This document shows, in pieces, positions 12,093 to 25,639 of a stretch of 64,000 nucleotides of DNA. This stretch comes from Eledone cirrhosa. Lineage: Eukaryota. Both the position numbers and the translations under genes were made by a program. Each line of letters opens with the position of its first letter. Position 1 is the first letter of the stretch. The notes under the pieces were generated by a model. The model had not been told where the DNA came from. It saw only the letters and a list, made by a program, of their open reading frames with translations, and did no database searches. The stretch covers positions 84,320,001-84,384,000 of the forward strand of contig OZ024744.1 of assembly GCA_964016885.1 (NCBI GenBank), given 5' to 3'.

Positions 12093-14115
12093 ATAGATAG
12101 ATAGATAGATATACACACACGCGTGTGGTTTGGTCACAATTGGGTTATCATTCGATTTTGAGAACACAGGGAGAGAGAGAGTGGTGTCGGATGCATACCA
12201 AATATTCTTTTCTTAATACTTCATATGCCACGTATTTCCACTATATTTTATTTTAACGAATGAAAAATAAAGACTTATTTCGTAACGTCTCCATATTTAT
12301 GTTATACTCTTTAAGATGAAAGCGTCGTCGAAACTTTTTAAGAATCACATCTGTGATGATATTTCCTTGTTTCTCTCCGATGCATATGTAGGGTCTGGGA
12401 GGGGTAAACAGACACTGACGAGCCGACGAGAGAACATCTACGTGGTTTCTCGAGGTTCGTGAACTGAGTGAAATGCCATGGAATTGAAACATCGTTGGGA
12501 AATATGCTTGTAATCCTAAACAGTGTATTTGTAGGAAACAATATGGTGTCAATCAATTGGGTTATTCCATTCTATGATGTCGATTGTAATGAATAAATAA
12601 CACGAGTAAAAGCCGTGTCGGACACACACAATGTTTTTTCCTTAATAATTCGTATACCAGGTAATTCCACTCATTTTATTATGTTAAGGAATAAAAAAAA
12701 AAAAAAAAAAAAACACATTTCCATATTTATTTTATACTAAAATTAACATTTATTTATCTTTCGAAGCAAGATATAATAATATTTATTTAAATTATTAAAA
12801 AACAAACAATTTAAAAATCAAATCAGCAATTCGACAAAATACATTTTTTTTTTCCTAAATAGAGAAGCAAAATAATGTATTTTTATCCATTCTGTTAACA
12901 ACCATTAAAAAGTTCCAGCAACAAAGATGTGACAACAATCGAAGTTTTACCAGCTGTGTTGCAGTATATTTTGAAACATTTCACGAATCAACAGCTCGGT
13001 AAACTTAAGCTGTGTTACGAAAATGAAAGGTTTTACCCTGCAACAACAGAGGCACCAGTGGTAGCAATTCCCTTTCCAGTGAATTCATCTGTGTCTGAGA
13101 AAAAAATATATATATATATATCAGAATACATAAATACAGTTGAATGTTGTTTTGATTCAAAAGCATACAACTACAGAGACAGCTACATGACATTTTGAAA
13201 TAAAAATTCTGCCTCATTTAATCGTGCTATCCAATAATGGAGATATAATAACCGATGCCAACATTCTTTTGCAGGTTATGAACTTAAAAACAGATTTACC
13301 AAAGTAAAATAATTCGCCATGTTTCTCAGCACAAGAGAACAGCAGCACTAAAAAAAATATATTTCCAGTCTTTTAAACCCTTTCGTGAGAGGAATCCGAG
13401 TCGATTATGTATGTTTTAATATTTAAAAGTATAAATATCTAACAACATTAGGTGATATATAAATAAAAGCTGTAATGTTGTTCAATATTTAGAGAAATAG
13501 ATTCACATTATTTTAAGGCTAAATGCTTATTACTTACCAATATTAATGGTGTCTGAATCAAAATTAAGGGTTCTGCATATTTGAGGTTTGGGACCATACT
13601 TTTTAAAAAGAAAAAATGGTCTATGCTTTCTACGAATAACATGTTCTTTTTTAGGGTAGAATTCCCAAATTTCTATTAGAACTGGTTCGCCATTCATTTT
13701 GATAGGTTCCTGCTGAAAATAATGTGCGTATTATAAAATAGATTTAAATAAGTAGATACTATTAATTGGCAATAAAAAAAAAATGAATGAACTTTCTTCA
13801 ACATTTCATTTCGTATAAACATTTAGAATATAAAGAAAGAAAATACAAGATAAATACTTAGTATATAATGATAAAAATAATTAACATTTTAAATATCTTA
13901 CTTGATGATTCATCGTTAGAAATATATGAAGCTCTGGCAGTCACTGGTAAATTAAATCATGAAATAAATATTTAACTTCCACACTATATATAGTGTTGAC
14001 GTTGGCTCACTTGAACCGTCTTTTTTCTATTTTGGATGGTTGTATTAACAGTTTACCCCTATAACACAAAATGGATTAACTTAACTGGCAAGTTTTCATG
14101 CGCATATAAACACCC

Positions 14116-14190
<75 letters not shown>

Positions 14191-14191
14191 G

Positions 14192-14328
<137 letters not shown>

Positions 14329-14418
14329 TAATAATAACAAGTTTGAAGTCTAAAATCCAAAGAGGGCTCGATAAGGATAAGCAGCGATTCTTTGCTTAAA
14401 CTTTAATCTGTTATTTTA

Positions 14419-14490
<72 letters not shown>

Positions 14491-14739
14491 ATATACACAT
14501 ATATATATATATTATGAACTATTCAGAACCCTTAATTTTGATTCAGACACCAGTAATATTGTAACTGCTTGTATTTGCATACCCATAGCGAGTGTTTTCG
14601 CGTATGCTTGTGTATGTACGTATATGGATGCGTGTACGTATATTTTTTATTTCAATTACCTCTGTATTTTATGTACTTTATTTTTAACTCTGAAGCCGAG
14701 AATCATTCGGTTTCCTAAATAGCATTTTATTCTACGCCT

Positions 14740-15630
14740 TCAGTTATACAACAGAACCCTCTGTGTTCAGGGAACGTGAGGCCGCCTGTGAAACGTGGGA
14801 CAGGGTGGGACTTAGCACGGTAGACGTCCCTCCTCCTTCTCCCCTGTTGACGTCAAATCCCCCCAACCAGCACCGCCTTGCTTGTTTTCGTGCGGCCTCC
14901 AAACCGCACAGTGGTGCCTGGCTCCATGCTCTGCCCTCCTTCTCCACTGGCACGCAGCTAGACAACAATAGCCTGCGAATCGGCGTTTCCCTGAGGGTCG
15001 GCCTCCGGATCTGCCAGCCACAACAATGTCGCTGCGGTTCCACCGTGAACTCTTTCGGCCTTCACCCTCTTTGCTGTCGCCACAGTGCCGGCCGCATTCC
15101 ACGCCATACTGCCCTCAACAAGGTCATTAAGCATGGCTTGGACGCTGCAGGCTTCCCTTGCCAGCTTGCTCCGGTGGGGCTGGATCGAGGGGACGGCAAA
15201 AGGCTAGATAGCATGACCATATTCCCGCGGTGGCAAACCCCTAGTCTGGGATGACACTTGCACCGACACTTTCTGCAGCCGCAACCTGGTGCAGTCTGCG
15301 ACTGACCCAGGTTCTGCTGCACGTCGGGCTGAGTGGGCCAAACTCTTCAAATACCGGTCTCTCTCCGACAGGTTTGCGGTCGTTTCCCTGGCAGTGGAAA
15401 CTTCTGGTGTCCTAGGCCCCAGGGCTACCTCCTTACTCACCACCATAGGCGCTGAGCTGGCCAGCCGCAGGTGTGAGCCCCGCGAGTTGGAGTGGCTTTT
15501 CCAGCGCGTCTCCATTTCCGTCCTGCGGGGAAACGCTTCTCCATTCTGTCCGCCGGGTCTGTGAGTGGGCCCCATAGCGTACCAATACATTAGTTAAATA
15601 CCATTCTTTCATCTTATACAACACAATAAA
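14740..15630 (+). mobile_element. CRE-like non-LTR retrotransposon 3' fragment (zinc knuckle plus restriction-like endonuclease)
   Basis: SGAWLHALP, CRCG..GLHPLCC..RH, GDGKRLD, LVWD.T, AVETSGVLGP, LFQRVSISVLRGNA. Confidence 0.82.
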
Positions 15631-16046
15631 GATTTTATAGAATATTCATAAATTGTTATACCATTTACGTGGTTTTGTCTTTGCGTGTAATTGTTCTCAT
15701 TACTCCACATAATGTAGTATTATCTACGTTTTTTCCGTTCATTGCCAGAGAACGTCTCAATGAACCATCTAATAGAATATTCGTCTACGACTTCATTTAT
15801 AACATAAACGTGGTTTTGTCTTTGCGTGTAATTGTTTTTCACCGCTCAAAATAATGACGTATTATATTCGTTTTTTTTTCGTTCTTTGCCAGGGAACGTT
15901 TCCACGAACCAAAGTATCGTCTTACTGTCTTCCTTTGGTTGCAACTTCTTTTGAAATTTTTAATTCTGCGTTCACAGATTGACTTTATTAGTTTCAGAAG
16001 ATCCTGTTAAGGCTCAAAGCAGCGATTCTTTGCTTAAACTTTTATA

Positions 16047-16092
<46 letters not shown>

Positions 16093-16266
16093 CCCTATTC
16101 CAACGGCTTATTTTAAATGTACTGGGATTTAAACCTCTCCGACACTAATTTGCATAATAGACCAATAATAAAATTAGTAACCCCACTATCCCTGAGCTTC
16201 CAACCGACATGGTCGCATTCTTTAAGGGTATGTCAATATTTGTTTATAAAACTGATCTATATTATA

Positions 16267-16327
16267 TTTTATCTGATGAAAGCGCACCATAATTTGCTTT
16301 GGTGTCCTTGAAATATCTATGATGAAA
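16267..16327 (+). ncRNA. Degenerate minimal type I hammerhead ribozyme motif
   Basis: TTTTAT-CTGATGA-AAGCGCACCA..TGGTGTCCTT-GAAA-TATCTA-TG-ATGAAA; the cleavage triplet is non-canonical. Confidence 0.5.
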
Positions 16328-16624
16328 TAAATATGGTTTTATAAATATAGTTTCAATTTGTTAATATATTGTATGTATATATATATATATGTATATATAT
16401 TTATATGTATATATATATATATATATATGTATGTATAAATATATGTATATATATATGTATATATATATATATATGTATATATATACACAGTTCAAGAGCA
16501 ACCAATCTTAAAGAGAGAGATGGAGATAGGAGAGGAGCTATGAGAGGAGAGATTGGTGAATTAGTTAGAAGCCAAAGCGTAAAGGCATGTGCTCAATGTG
16601 CAATATGCAGTAGAAAGCAGCTAG

Positions 16625-17481
16625 GTGTCTGTGTTCATGCAGAAGTTGGGTGCGCAGAGCTGGAAATATTCATTAGTTAAGCAAAACAAGACCACAAATT
16701 TCACAAAGAAGGCATTATTAAATCTCGACAGATGTTCGACCACGCTAGCTAGGCTCATTAAAAACCTTAAATTGAGCAACGTTCAACACTCACTAAAATG
16801 GGATATCGTGGCTAGGGCCCAACCGTTCAATGGACGAAAAAATCTTGTGCTCTCTGTATTACAGAAGCATATTACATAACTCTATCACGACCTCTACCGA
16901 TTAACGATAGAATGGAGGTAACTATTAGCTGTCAACATCGAGGGGCTAATTCCTTCGCCAATAGAATATTTTTCCCAACTTAGTCATCTAGCCCCATTTT
17001 TACTTGTAGCTAATAAGTTAAATATTTATGACTAACTTAGATAATTATAAGTTACCTCCCCTACATTGTCTCTCAATTAAAAAATTAAAAAATTAGCACT
17101 TAACTCGAAACTACCCACAATTTCTAATCTCTCGATGAGTTACTTCCCCTGAAACCACCCTCTAATTAGTAAGGTAAATATGTCCTTTGGCACCCATCTT
17201 GTTACCCATAGGCAGATCTCTCACAATGCAGCCTCGACAGATGAATATTGCTTGATTATGGCTGACAACTGATGCAACCAAGACACCATAGTGAAAAAGC
17301 AATATATGGAACATTATATTATGTAACATACTCTCCTTATTTTAATTTATATTCCTTTGAAGTTCCGATGAGCCGCTCTGTTTTTTAAATATGTGAATTA
17401 TATTCAACTGAACCAGATCAATAATGATATATAGTCAGCTGATCCAGAAATATGATATGGAGTAGCGAAACAATTGTAAAC
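16625..17481 (+). mobile_element. Penelope-like element 3' remnant (C-terminal endonuclease region plus pLTR)
   Basis: STTLARLIKNLK..LKWDIVARAQPF..CALCITEAYYI resembles PLE C-termini; ends in a hammerhead-like motif. Confidence 0.65.
17362..17481 (+). ncRNA. Degenerate type I hammerhead motif with a long stem II insertion
   Basis: GTT-CCGATGA-GCCGCTC...GAGTAGC-GAAA-CAATTG-TA-AAC; core has a T>C change, stem III is palindromic. Confidence 0.6.
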
Positions 17482-17509
17482 GGACATTATTATTATTAAT
17501 ATTATTAAG

Positions 17510-17720
17510 GGCGGTAGATTGGCAGTATCGGTAGAGGGTCGGACGCCATGCTTTGAAGCATACGGTTACCTCCCTTTATGATCTTAGTTCAAATCCCGCC
17601 GAGATTAACTTTGCCTTTCATCCTTACGGGGTCGATAAAATAACGTACCAGTAATGCACTGAAATTGCTGACCTTGTGCCAAAAGTAGAAACAATTATTA
17701 TTAATATTATTAATATTATT
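17510..17720 (+). mobile_element. tRNA-derived SINE resembling octopod SINEs
   Basis: A box TGGCAGTATCGG, B box GTTCAAATCC, core TTTGCCTTTCATCCTTACGGGGTCGATAAAAT..GTACCAGT, (ATT)n tail. Confidence 0.8.
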
Positions 17721-17841
17721 CTCTACATTCCTTACATCAAACTAAAATATGTTGACAATCTTTTAATAATGTCTTCCTTGTGAAATTTGTGGTCTTGTTT
17801 TGCTTAACTAATGAATATGTATATATATATATATATATATG

Positions 17842-17887
<46 letters not shown>

Positions 17888-18081
17888 CATATATGTATAT
17901 GTGTGTATATATATATATATGTATATATATATATGTATATATGTGTATATATATATATATATGTGTATATATATATATGTATATATATATATATGTATAT
18001 ATGTATATATGTATATATATATGTATATATATATATGTATATATATATGTATCTATATATATATGTATATATATGTATATA

Positions 18082-18172
<91 letters not shown>

Positions 18173-18210
18173 GTATATATATATATATGTATTTATATAT
18201 ATATATGTAT

Positions 18211-18790
18211 ATCCATGTGCAAACATGCAGTATTCTTACTCCCCTTGTTGTTCATATATATTTACCTAAACTGCGATTATCTGTTTCTCTCTTTCTCTCT
18301 TACTGCTCCCCCTTTCTCTCTGTTTCTCTTACCTTCTTTCACGCTCTCTGTAAGTTACACTCTTTCTCTCGACTGACCTCTTCCTCGCACTTCCACTCAC
18401 TCACTCTCTGTTTTTCCCCTTCTCACTTCCTCCCGTTCGCTACTAGTGGGGTTCCTTCTTTCTCACACCGCACTCACGGCGTACGGTCTGCTTCTCTGAC
18501 CGCTAATGAAATTCACCCAGATTATGCTGATCGGATAACTATCATGTGGCTTGCTGTTTTCCAACCTTCGGTTTGCTTTTCCTTCTGTTGTTTACTTGTC
18601 TCACTCGCTTTACGCGTTTCACTTGTCCCAATAGCTTATTTTAGTTATTGCTCGCACCAACCTGAGGTATCTGATTTTTAATGCGATGAAATACCAATGA
18701 TGGTTGGCAAAATCACTGATGAGGGACTAATTTTATAATATGTAATCCATGTGCAACCATGCAGTAATCTTCTTCCCCTTGTTTTTCATA
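18211..18790 (+). repeat. About 580-bp segment bounded by about 50-bp direct repeats (possible PLE pLTR remnant)
   Basis: ATCCATGTGCAA.CATGCAGTA.TCTT...CCCCTTGTT at 18211 and 18745; copy at about 46312-46890. Confidence 0.6.
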
Positions 18791-18868
18791 TATATATATA
18801 TATATATGTGTATATATAAAATATAGTTAAATAAAATTTCAAATTATTATAATTTAGCTTCGTTTATT

Positions 18869-18923
18869 ACTGCTATATATATTTCAGTGACAGCCATCTT
18901 TGGCTGTGACCTCTTCAGGCAGT
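18869..18923 (-). ncRNA. Minimal type I hammerhead ribozyme with intact core
   Basis: Minus strand ACTGC-CTGAAGA-GGTCACAGCCA-AAGA-TGGCTGTCACT-GAAA-TATATA-TA-GCAGT: stem I 5 bp, stem II 10/11, palindromic stem III. Confidence 0.82.
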
Positions 18924-19286
18924 TTGACTTAGTATGGTATAGACAAGTACATATGTTGTTGAGGTGTATAATATTGTCAATACTCTGATATGCCCAGTTC
19001 CTGGTTGGGTTGTTAATTCATATATGTAAAAACTATCAACAGAAAGTAAAAACTATCAACATGTGTGAGTGTGTGCGTGCGTAAGTTTGCGTGCTGTGCG
19101 CGTTTCCATGCGTGTATGTGTGGGTACGTGTGGCATTCCACAATCGCCACGCAGTTAATTTGTCTGTGTGCCTGTCTGTCAGTCTAACATACACAGAGTT
19201 GTGAAGGGAGTAAATAGGGACCTTTCTTTACATTGACGGACATCTTTTATATTTATTATTGTGTCATTTTTTGACAATTGCTCGAA

Positions 19287-22200
19287 ATGGATACTGATAA
19301 TAAAAGCAATTCGACTTTATCAGACAGTGAACTACAGCGGCGACGGCCTGCAGCCCGCAATGAAGAAACGGGCCGAACAGCGCCATCGGAACGCCGAACT
19401 TCAGAGGCGAAGACGTGCCGCCATGAATGAAGAGGAGCTGACCGAACAACGCCAACGAAACACTGGAGCCAAGCAGCGACGGCGTGCCGCGATGGTTGAA
19501 GACGAACTGGCTGAGCATCATCAGCAGATGGCCAGAATTCAGCAGCAACAGCGTACTGCGATGGATGAAGTGGAGCTGGCTGAACATCCGCCAGCGCAAT
19601 ACAGAAGTTCAGAGAATGTATCGCCAAAGTGCTCCTCATTCCAGTAAAGAGGCTAGAAGGCGAACGAATGATATTAAAAATAGATCATGGCAACCGTGTC
19701 ATTTTCAGATTGGTGGACGAGCAGAGTGTCCACATTGTGGAGCATTGCTTCGGAGGCACGAAAAGACGTGGGCCACAATGTGCTGTCATAAAGGAGCAGT
19801 TCAACTAGAACCCTTGCGAAGGCCGGATGATGAGGAGTCACTGGCGTTTAAAATACTAAGTATGTGGGGTGATCAAGGAGTCCGAGGGAGATTACTGCGC
19901 AAATATTTGCGGCAAATTAACAATTCATTAGCTTTAGCATCGTAGAGAGTTAGTGAGATGTTTGAGAGTGGAGCATGGCAGCCGAATGTAGTCATCATTC
20001 AAGGCCCTTTGTATCATTGTATCGGTAATTTAGAAGTTTCCCCAGGAGAGAGGCCTTGATTTGCTTATAGTGAATCGGAGGAGGATATCAGAATCGGTTG
20101 GATGAAGTTGCCGGGAAATATAACTGAACTTGAACCGTGATTTGCAATCTGGGCTTACACAGTGTAATCCTTATGTTATGGATTTCATGTTGGTTGCTGA
20201 CCTGCAAAATGTTCAGCAGCAAACATTGGTGATTAAGGCTGACACAGTGCCAAGGAATCAACATGAACTGCGATATATTGCCCCTGAAGGATTTCGTGAA
20301 TTTGCTGTGTTGATGGACGATAAGCCTGGATGGAGAGATATCGTCCTCAATCTCAGAGATGGTGGTCTCAAGACTATCAATGAGTCAAATAGGGCATACG
20401 ATCCATTGCATTATGTTCTTTTATTCCCAAAAGGTGAAAATGGATAGAACATGTCTGTTTATTTAGATGATCATGAGAATCATCTAAATAACGTATATAT
20501 ATATACTCCATATCATATTTCTGGATCAGATGACTATATATACTCCATATCATATTTCTGGATCAGATGACTATATATCATTATTGATCTGGTTCAGTTG
20601 AATATAATTCACATATTTAAAAAACAGAGCGGCTCATCGGAACTTCAAAGGAATATAAATTAAAATAAGGAGAGTATGTTACATAATATAATGTTGCATA
20701 TATTGCTTTTTCACTATGGTGTCTTGGTTGCATCAGTTGTCAGCCATAATCAAGGAGTATTCATCTGTCGAGGCTGCATTGTGAGAGATCTGCCTATGGG
20801 TAACAAGATGGCTGCCAAAGGACATATTTACCTTACTAATTAGAGGGTGGTTTCAGGGGAAGTAACTCATCGAGAGATTAGAAATTGTGGGTAGTTTCGA
20901 GTTAAGTGCTAATTTTTTAATTTTTTAATTGAGAGACAATGTAGGGGAGGTAACTTATAATTATCTAAGTTAGTCATAAATATTTAACTTATTAGCTACA
21001 AGTAAAAATGGGGCTAGATGACTAACAGGGAGGTGGCAATAGACACAATAATTCGATTCGAGACTTTTACGCGTTCCATTTGAACGAGAGGAATCAACAG
21101 AGAAATGCGCTATTTCAAGCCAGCAGATTGTTCCAGGAATACTGTTGTATGGAATTCGCAAAGATCGAAAATCAAAGGTTAAATTATATAGCTACATATC
21201 AGCAACATATCCGAGCTGAATTGTATAATAATATACAGGATGCAATAACAGCCGATGATGCCAATTACAAGCAAATTGGTCAACGTATCATTTTGCCATC
21301 GTCGTTCATCGGTGGCCCGAGATATATGAAGATTCGCTATCAGGATGCAATGGCTATTGTCAGAAAGTTTGGAAAGCCAGATTTGTTTATAAGAGTTACA
21401 TGCAATCCTGAATGAACTAATATTAAAGAAGGAATTTTGCCAGGACACCAACCAAAGAACCGTCCTGATATTGTGACAAGAGTATTCAAAGGATATCTGA
21501 AAAAGATAATGGATGATGTGGAAAAAGAGGGAATCTTTGGAGGTATGGTTCCTTTTACATACGTAATTGATTTCCAAAATAAGAGGATTGCCACATGCAC
21601 ATTTGCTGATCATTTTACATAGAGATTGCAAATTGAGATGTGCTGGGGATGTCGGCAGCATTGTGTGTGCTGAACTGCCGGAGAGTGAGACACTACGCAA
21701 CTTGGTGGCAAAGTCAATGGTTCAAAACCAATGCGGTGTGGCAAATCGGAAAGCGCCTTGCATGAAAAATGGCCAATGCAGTCAGCACTTTCCGAAATCT
21801 TTTGTCACGAACACTTCCTGGAACGATAGGGATGCTCATCCCTCATACAGAAGACGGTCGCCTGCAGATGGCGGTTTGGTCGAAAATATAAACGGTCGAC
21901 GGGTTACAAATCAATGGGTTGTGCCATACAATCCATATTTGATTATGAAATATCGTTGTCATATTAATGTGGAAATTTGTAGCTCAGTGAAAGCTTGCAA
22001 ATATCTATTCAAATATGTTTACAAAGGTCATGATCGGGCAATGATCAATGTCAGGAATGAGGAAGCGAACCAAGGAGATGAAGTTGGCAGGTTCCAGGAT
22101 GTTCGCTCGATTGGATCTAGCGTAGCTTGCTGGAGATTGTTCGATTTTGATCTCAATGAACGCAAACCCAGCGTTCAGAAACTGACGGTTCACTTAGAGA

Positions 22201-24362
22201 ATAGGCAAATGCTGTTTTCAGGACACTAGAAGAGGTGTCGAAAGATTTGCTAACGCACCACCTCCTAAGATGGAATTGACTGAGTGGTTCAAGCATAATA
22301 GGGAACATGCTTTGAACCCGGATCAAAGGCAACTCTATGGCGATTTCCCTTCGTACTATACGTGGGATAAGAAGGGAAAGAAATGGAATGATAGAAAACA
22401 AAAGCTGAGATTCATGACTATTGTACGGGTTTGTAATGTCCATCCACCATCTGGTGATGTGTTTTATCCCCGAATTCTGTTGCATAATGATTTTTCGCTG
22501 ATTTGAAAACAATCAATGGCGTGGAATATGAAACATACCAGGCTGTGTATCAGCATCTGGGAATCCTTCAGGATGACGCTGAATGGAATAACGCCATGGA
22601 AGCTGCAGGAACAACACAGATGCCAGCTCAAATAAGGCAGTTGTTTGTCACGATTCTAGGATTCTGCAATCCTACCGATCCAAGAGAGTTATTTGAACGC
22701 CATTGGGGAATTATGGCTGATGATTTTTGGCATCATCTTCTGGTCGATGATGAAAAGTTGATGAAAGCTATTGTTTTGCTCAATCTTGAGCAACTGCTTG
22801 AAGTTCATTTCAAATATTTAACAGATTTCAATTTGCCAATTCCTGATTAAGAAATGCGGCAACGTGTCTTAGAATTGAAAATGAGATTGCAGCTTAGACG
22901 GTTGCCACTCGATCGGAGGGAACTATTCCAGTTTGATCCACTGGAACAGCAACGTATTGTGGATGAACGTTTGGCACTGTTGACCCAATATCAGAGAGAA
23001 TTGGTCGATGGCGTTCTCCACTCGATTTCCACTAATGAGCAACTTTGTGCTTTCATAGATGCTCCAGGAGGCACCGGAAAGACATTCTGTTTCAACACTA
23101 TCTTATCGGCAGTCAGAACTCAGAGGAAGTTGCTCTCCCTGTGGCGACGATCGCTGCCACTTTGCTGAGTGGTGGAAGGACCTTCCACTCAAGCTTCAAG
23201 GCTCTATTAGCTCCGGATGAGTTGAGTGTCAGTAACATTACAGCACAAAGTAAAATCGCGGGCCTTATACGCAATACGTCTCTGATTATTTGGGACGAGG
23301 CTCCAATGGCACACATATATTTGCTGGAGGCATTGGACAGAACTTTGAGAGATATCTGCGGTAGTGACATGTTATTCGGTAGTAAGACTATCGTTCTTGG
23401 TGGTGATTTCAGACAGGTGCTACCAATTGTTAGGAGTGCTCAAAGAGCGCAAGTTGTCGATGCATGTCTGAAAAAGTCCCCGTTGTGGCGCCATTTCAGA
23501 GTTTTGCGATTGCACGATAATATGCGACTTCGTATGTTCGGGCAAAACGAAGAGGCTGAGACATACGGCCGATGGTTGATGCAGTTGGGAAACGATGAAT
23601 TGCCACACGTTGGTGATAATCAGACTGTAAGAATCCCAGACTATTTGGTCATGCCACTGGAACGCCAAGTATTGATTGACTGGGTGTTCCCTAATTTGAA
23701 TGCTTTTTGGCAGAATATCTCCTGGATATCGGAACGCGTTATTCTAACTCATACGAATGAAACGGTCGATGAAATAAATTCACAAGTAGCCGGAATGTTT
23801 CCTGGAGAGGACTGGTTGACCGTCAGTGCGGATGCAGTGGAGCCTAATCAGCAGAACAATATGGATGTTCCGACTGAGTATCTGAATTCACTTCAAATAC
23901 CCGGATCCCGACCCCCTCCCACACACACACATATTTTGATTGAAAAGGGGTATGCCGATTATATTGCTTAGAAATATCAATCATAAATTTGGTCTTTGCA
24001 ATGGTACCAGATTGATTGTTGAGAGATTGATTAACGGAAGAGTTTTAGAAGCTAAACACCCAGGCAGAGAAGACTCGGTTCTCATTCCGAGGATCATGCT
24101 GAGACCAAGTGAAGATCTGCTGCCATTTATTTGGCAAAGGAGACAGTTTCCCGTTAATTTGGCCTTCTCCATGTCTGTCAACAAGGCACAGGGATAGACT
24201 TTCAACCGGGTCGGTGTCTACTTGAATGATCCAGCATTCAGCCATGGGCAACTGTATGTTGCTGCATCTCGAGTGTGCGATCCTGATGGTATAAAATTTG
24301 CAATTGATACCGCTAACAGAGGAATAAACCTGAATATTGTCTATAATGAAGCTTTGAGCTGA
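19287..24362 (+). pseudogene. Helitron RepHel pseudogene (23-aa repeats, zinc finger, HUH/Y2 Rep, PIF1 helicase)
   Basis: CPHCGA..CCHKG; DLFIRVTCNP; RGLPHAHLL; KYLFKYVYKG; DAPGGTGKT; IIWDEAPM; GDFRQVLP; many stops and frameshifts. Confidence 0.95.
20485..21023 (-). mobile_element. Inverted PLE pLTR fragment inserted into the Helitron 2 coding region
   Basis: Reverse complement of about 16980-17465; absent at the equivalent site 49040-49056. Confidence 0.9.
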
Positions 24363-25297
24363 TGTATGCATATCTTTAATGCTATCAATAAGCGACGTAA
24401 ATTATTCGGACATTTGTATCCTTCGATCAGTATTGCAAGGTTTGACAGAGTTATCATTTATGTTCAATGTCATTTAATGTCTTTATGAGCAATAAAACAA
24501 ACAAGTATTGGTAAAAATTGCATTCACTGCTATGTTGCGCAATAAATACCAACAAGTATTGGTAGAAATTCCCTTCACTGCTATGAATATTCGACATAAA
24601 GGATTCAGACATTGGTGTCCTTTGATCAGTATTGTGAGCTTTGACAGAGTTATCATTTCTGTTCAATGTCATTAATTATCGATAATGAGCAATAAAAACC
24701 AACAAGTATTGGTAGAAATTGCCTTCAAATTTATTGCTTCTGATAGCGGTGGTAATAAAACTTCATTATATGCTGAGTCTGGCAAAACGTTTGGTGCATA
24801 TGGCCGGCAGGGCTAGAGTTTTATTGAAAAACGATTCTATTTTCGAAGTAGAAGCATCCTCCATTTGGAGTTCACACCAGGCCACCTCCCCGAGTTGAAC
24901 TCTGGGCAATATTGACTGTCTATTACTCAGTGGCTAAGAGCATGGAAATTACTGAATAAATTTTTGTGTCATATAATTTGTTGTTTATTATTATAGCTGA
25001 CCACTTACAGATAAGCATGTTATCCATATCCATATTGATTTGGCATTTGTATAAAACATTTCAATTAAATTGGGACCTTTTTTACATTGACGGACATCTT
25101 CGTACCGTTTGTGCATAGTATATGAACAAGTCTAGGTGCTCCTACCTAGAATAGTGACCTCTAGGAGATGGTTCATCTTCTGCCTGACTGTCATTTTCTC
25201 TTTTACCTGTCTTCTCTTATCATCTGTTTACCCGGGCGAAGCTGGGTACGTCAGCTAGTATATATATATATATACACACAAATATATATATATATAC

Positions 25298-25533
25298 ATT
25301 GACAGACATCTTTTATATTAATTATCTATATCTATATCTACATATAATATAAATGATTGGAACTTCCATGATCCTTTTGAGAAAATGGCTGTATTGGATG
25401 TTTGTCTGGTCACAGTATGAGGCGAGTCCGTGGTCTCTGTGTGATACAAAAATACAGTACAAAAAATCTTCCAGATTTATTAGATTCTTCATTATCATCT
25501 GTTTACCCGGGCGAAGCGGGGTACATGAGCCAG
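25298..25533 (+). repeat. Second, degenerate Helitron 3' terminus
   Basis: Repeats subterminal sequence and ends CCCGGGCGAAGCGGGGTACATGAGCCAG followed by T. Confidence 0.8.
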
Positions 25534-25548
25534 TATATATAGATATAT

Positions 25549-25639
<91 letters not shown>

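Larger units (their letters stand above)
19020..25258 (+). mobile_element. Helitron copy 2, near full-length and decayed (5' end uncertain and partly deleted)
   Basis: RepHel remnant plus 3' hairpin and CTAG at 25255-25258. Confidence 0.93.

Noticed and set aside
12253-13217. Short ORFs repeated in all three units
   Set aside because: Recurrence reflects the duplication; lengths vary through frameshifts and no domains are recognisable.
17510-17610. tRNA gene
   Set aside because: A and B boxes are present but there is no cloverleaf, and it continues into a SINE core and tail.
18710-18750. Hammerhead at ATCA-CTGATGA-GGGA
   Set aside because: The GAAA box and 3' strand are missing; at most a truncated remnant.
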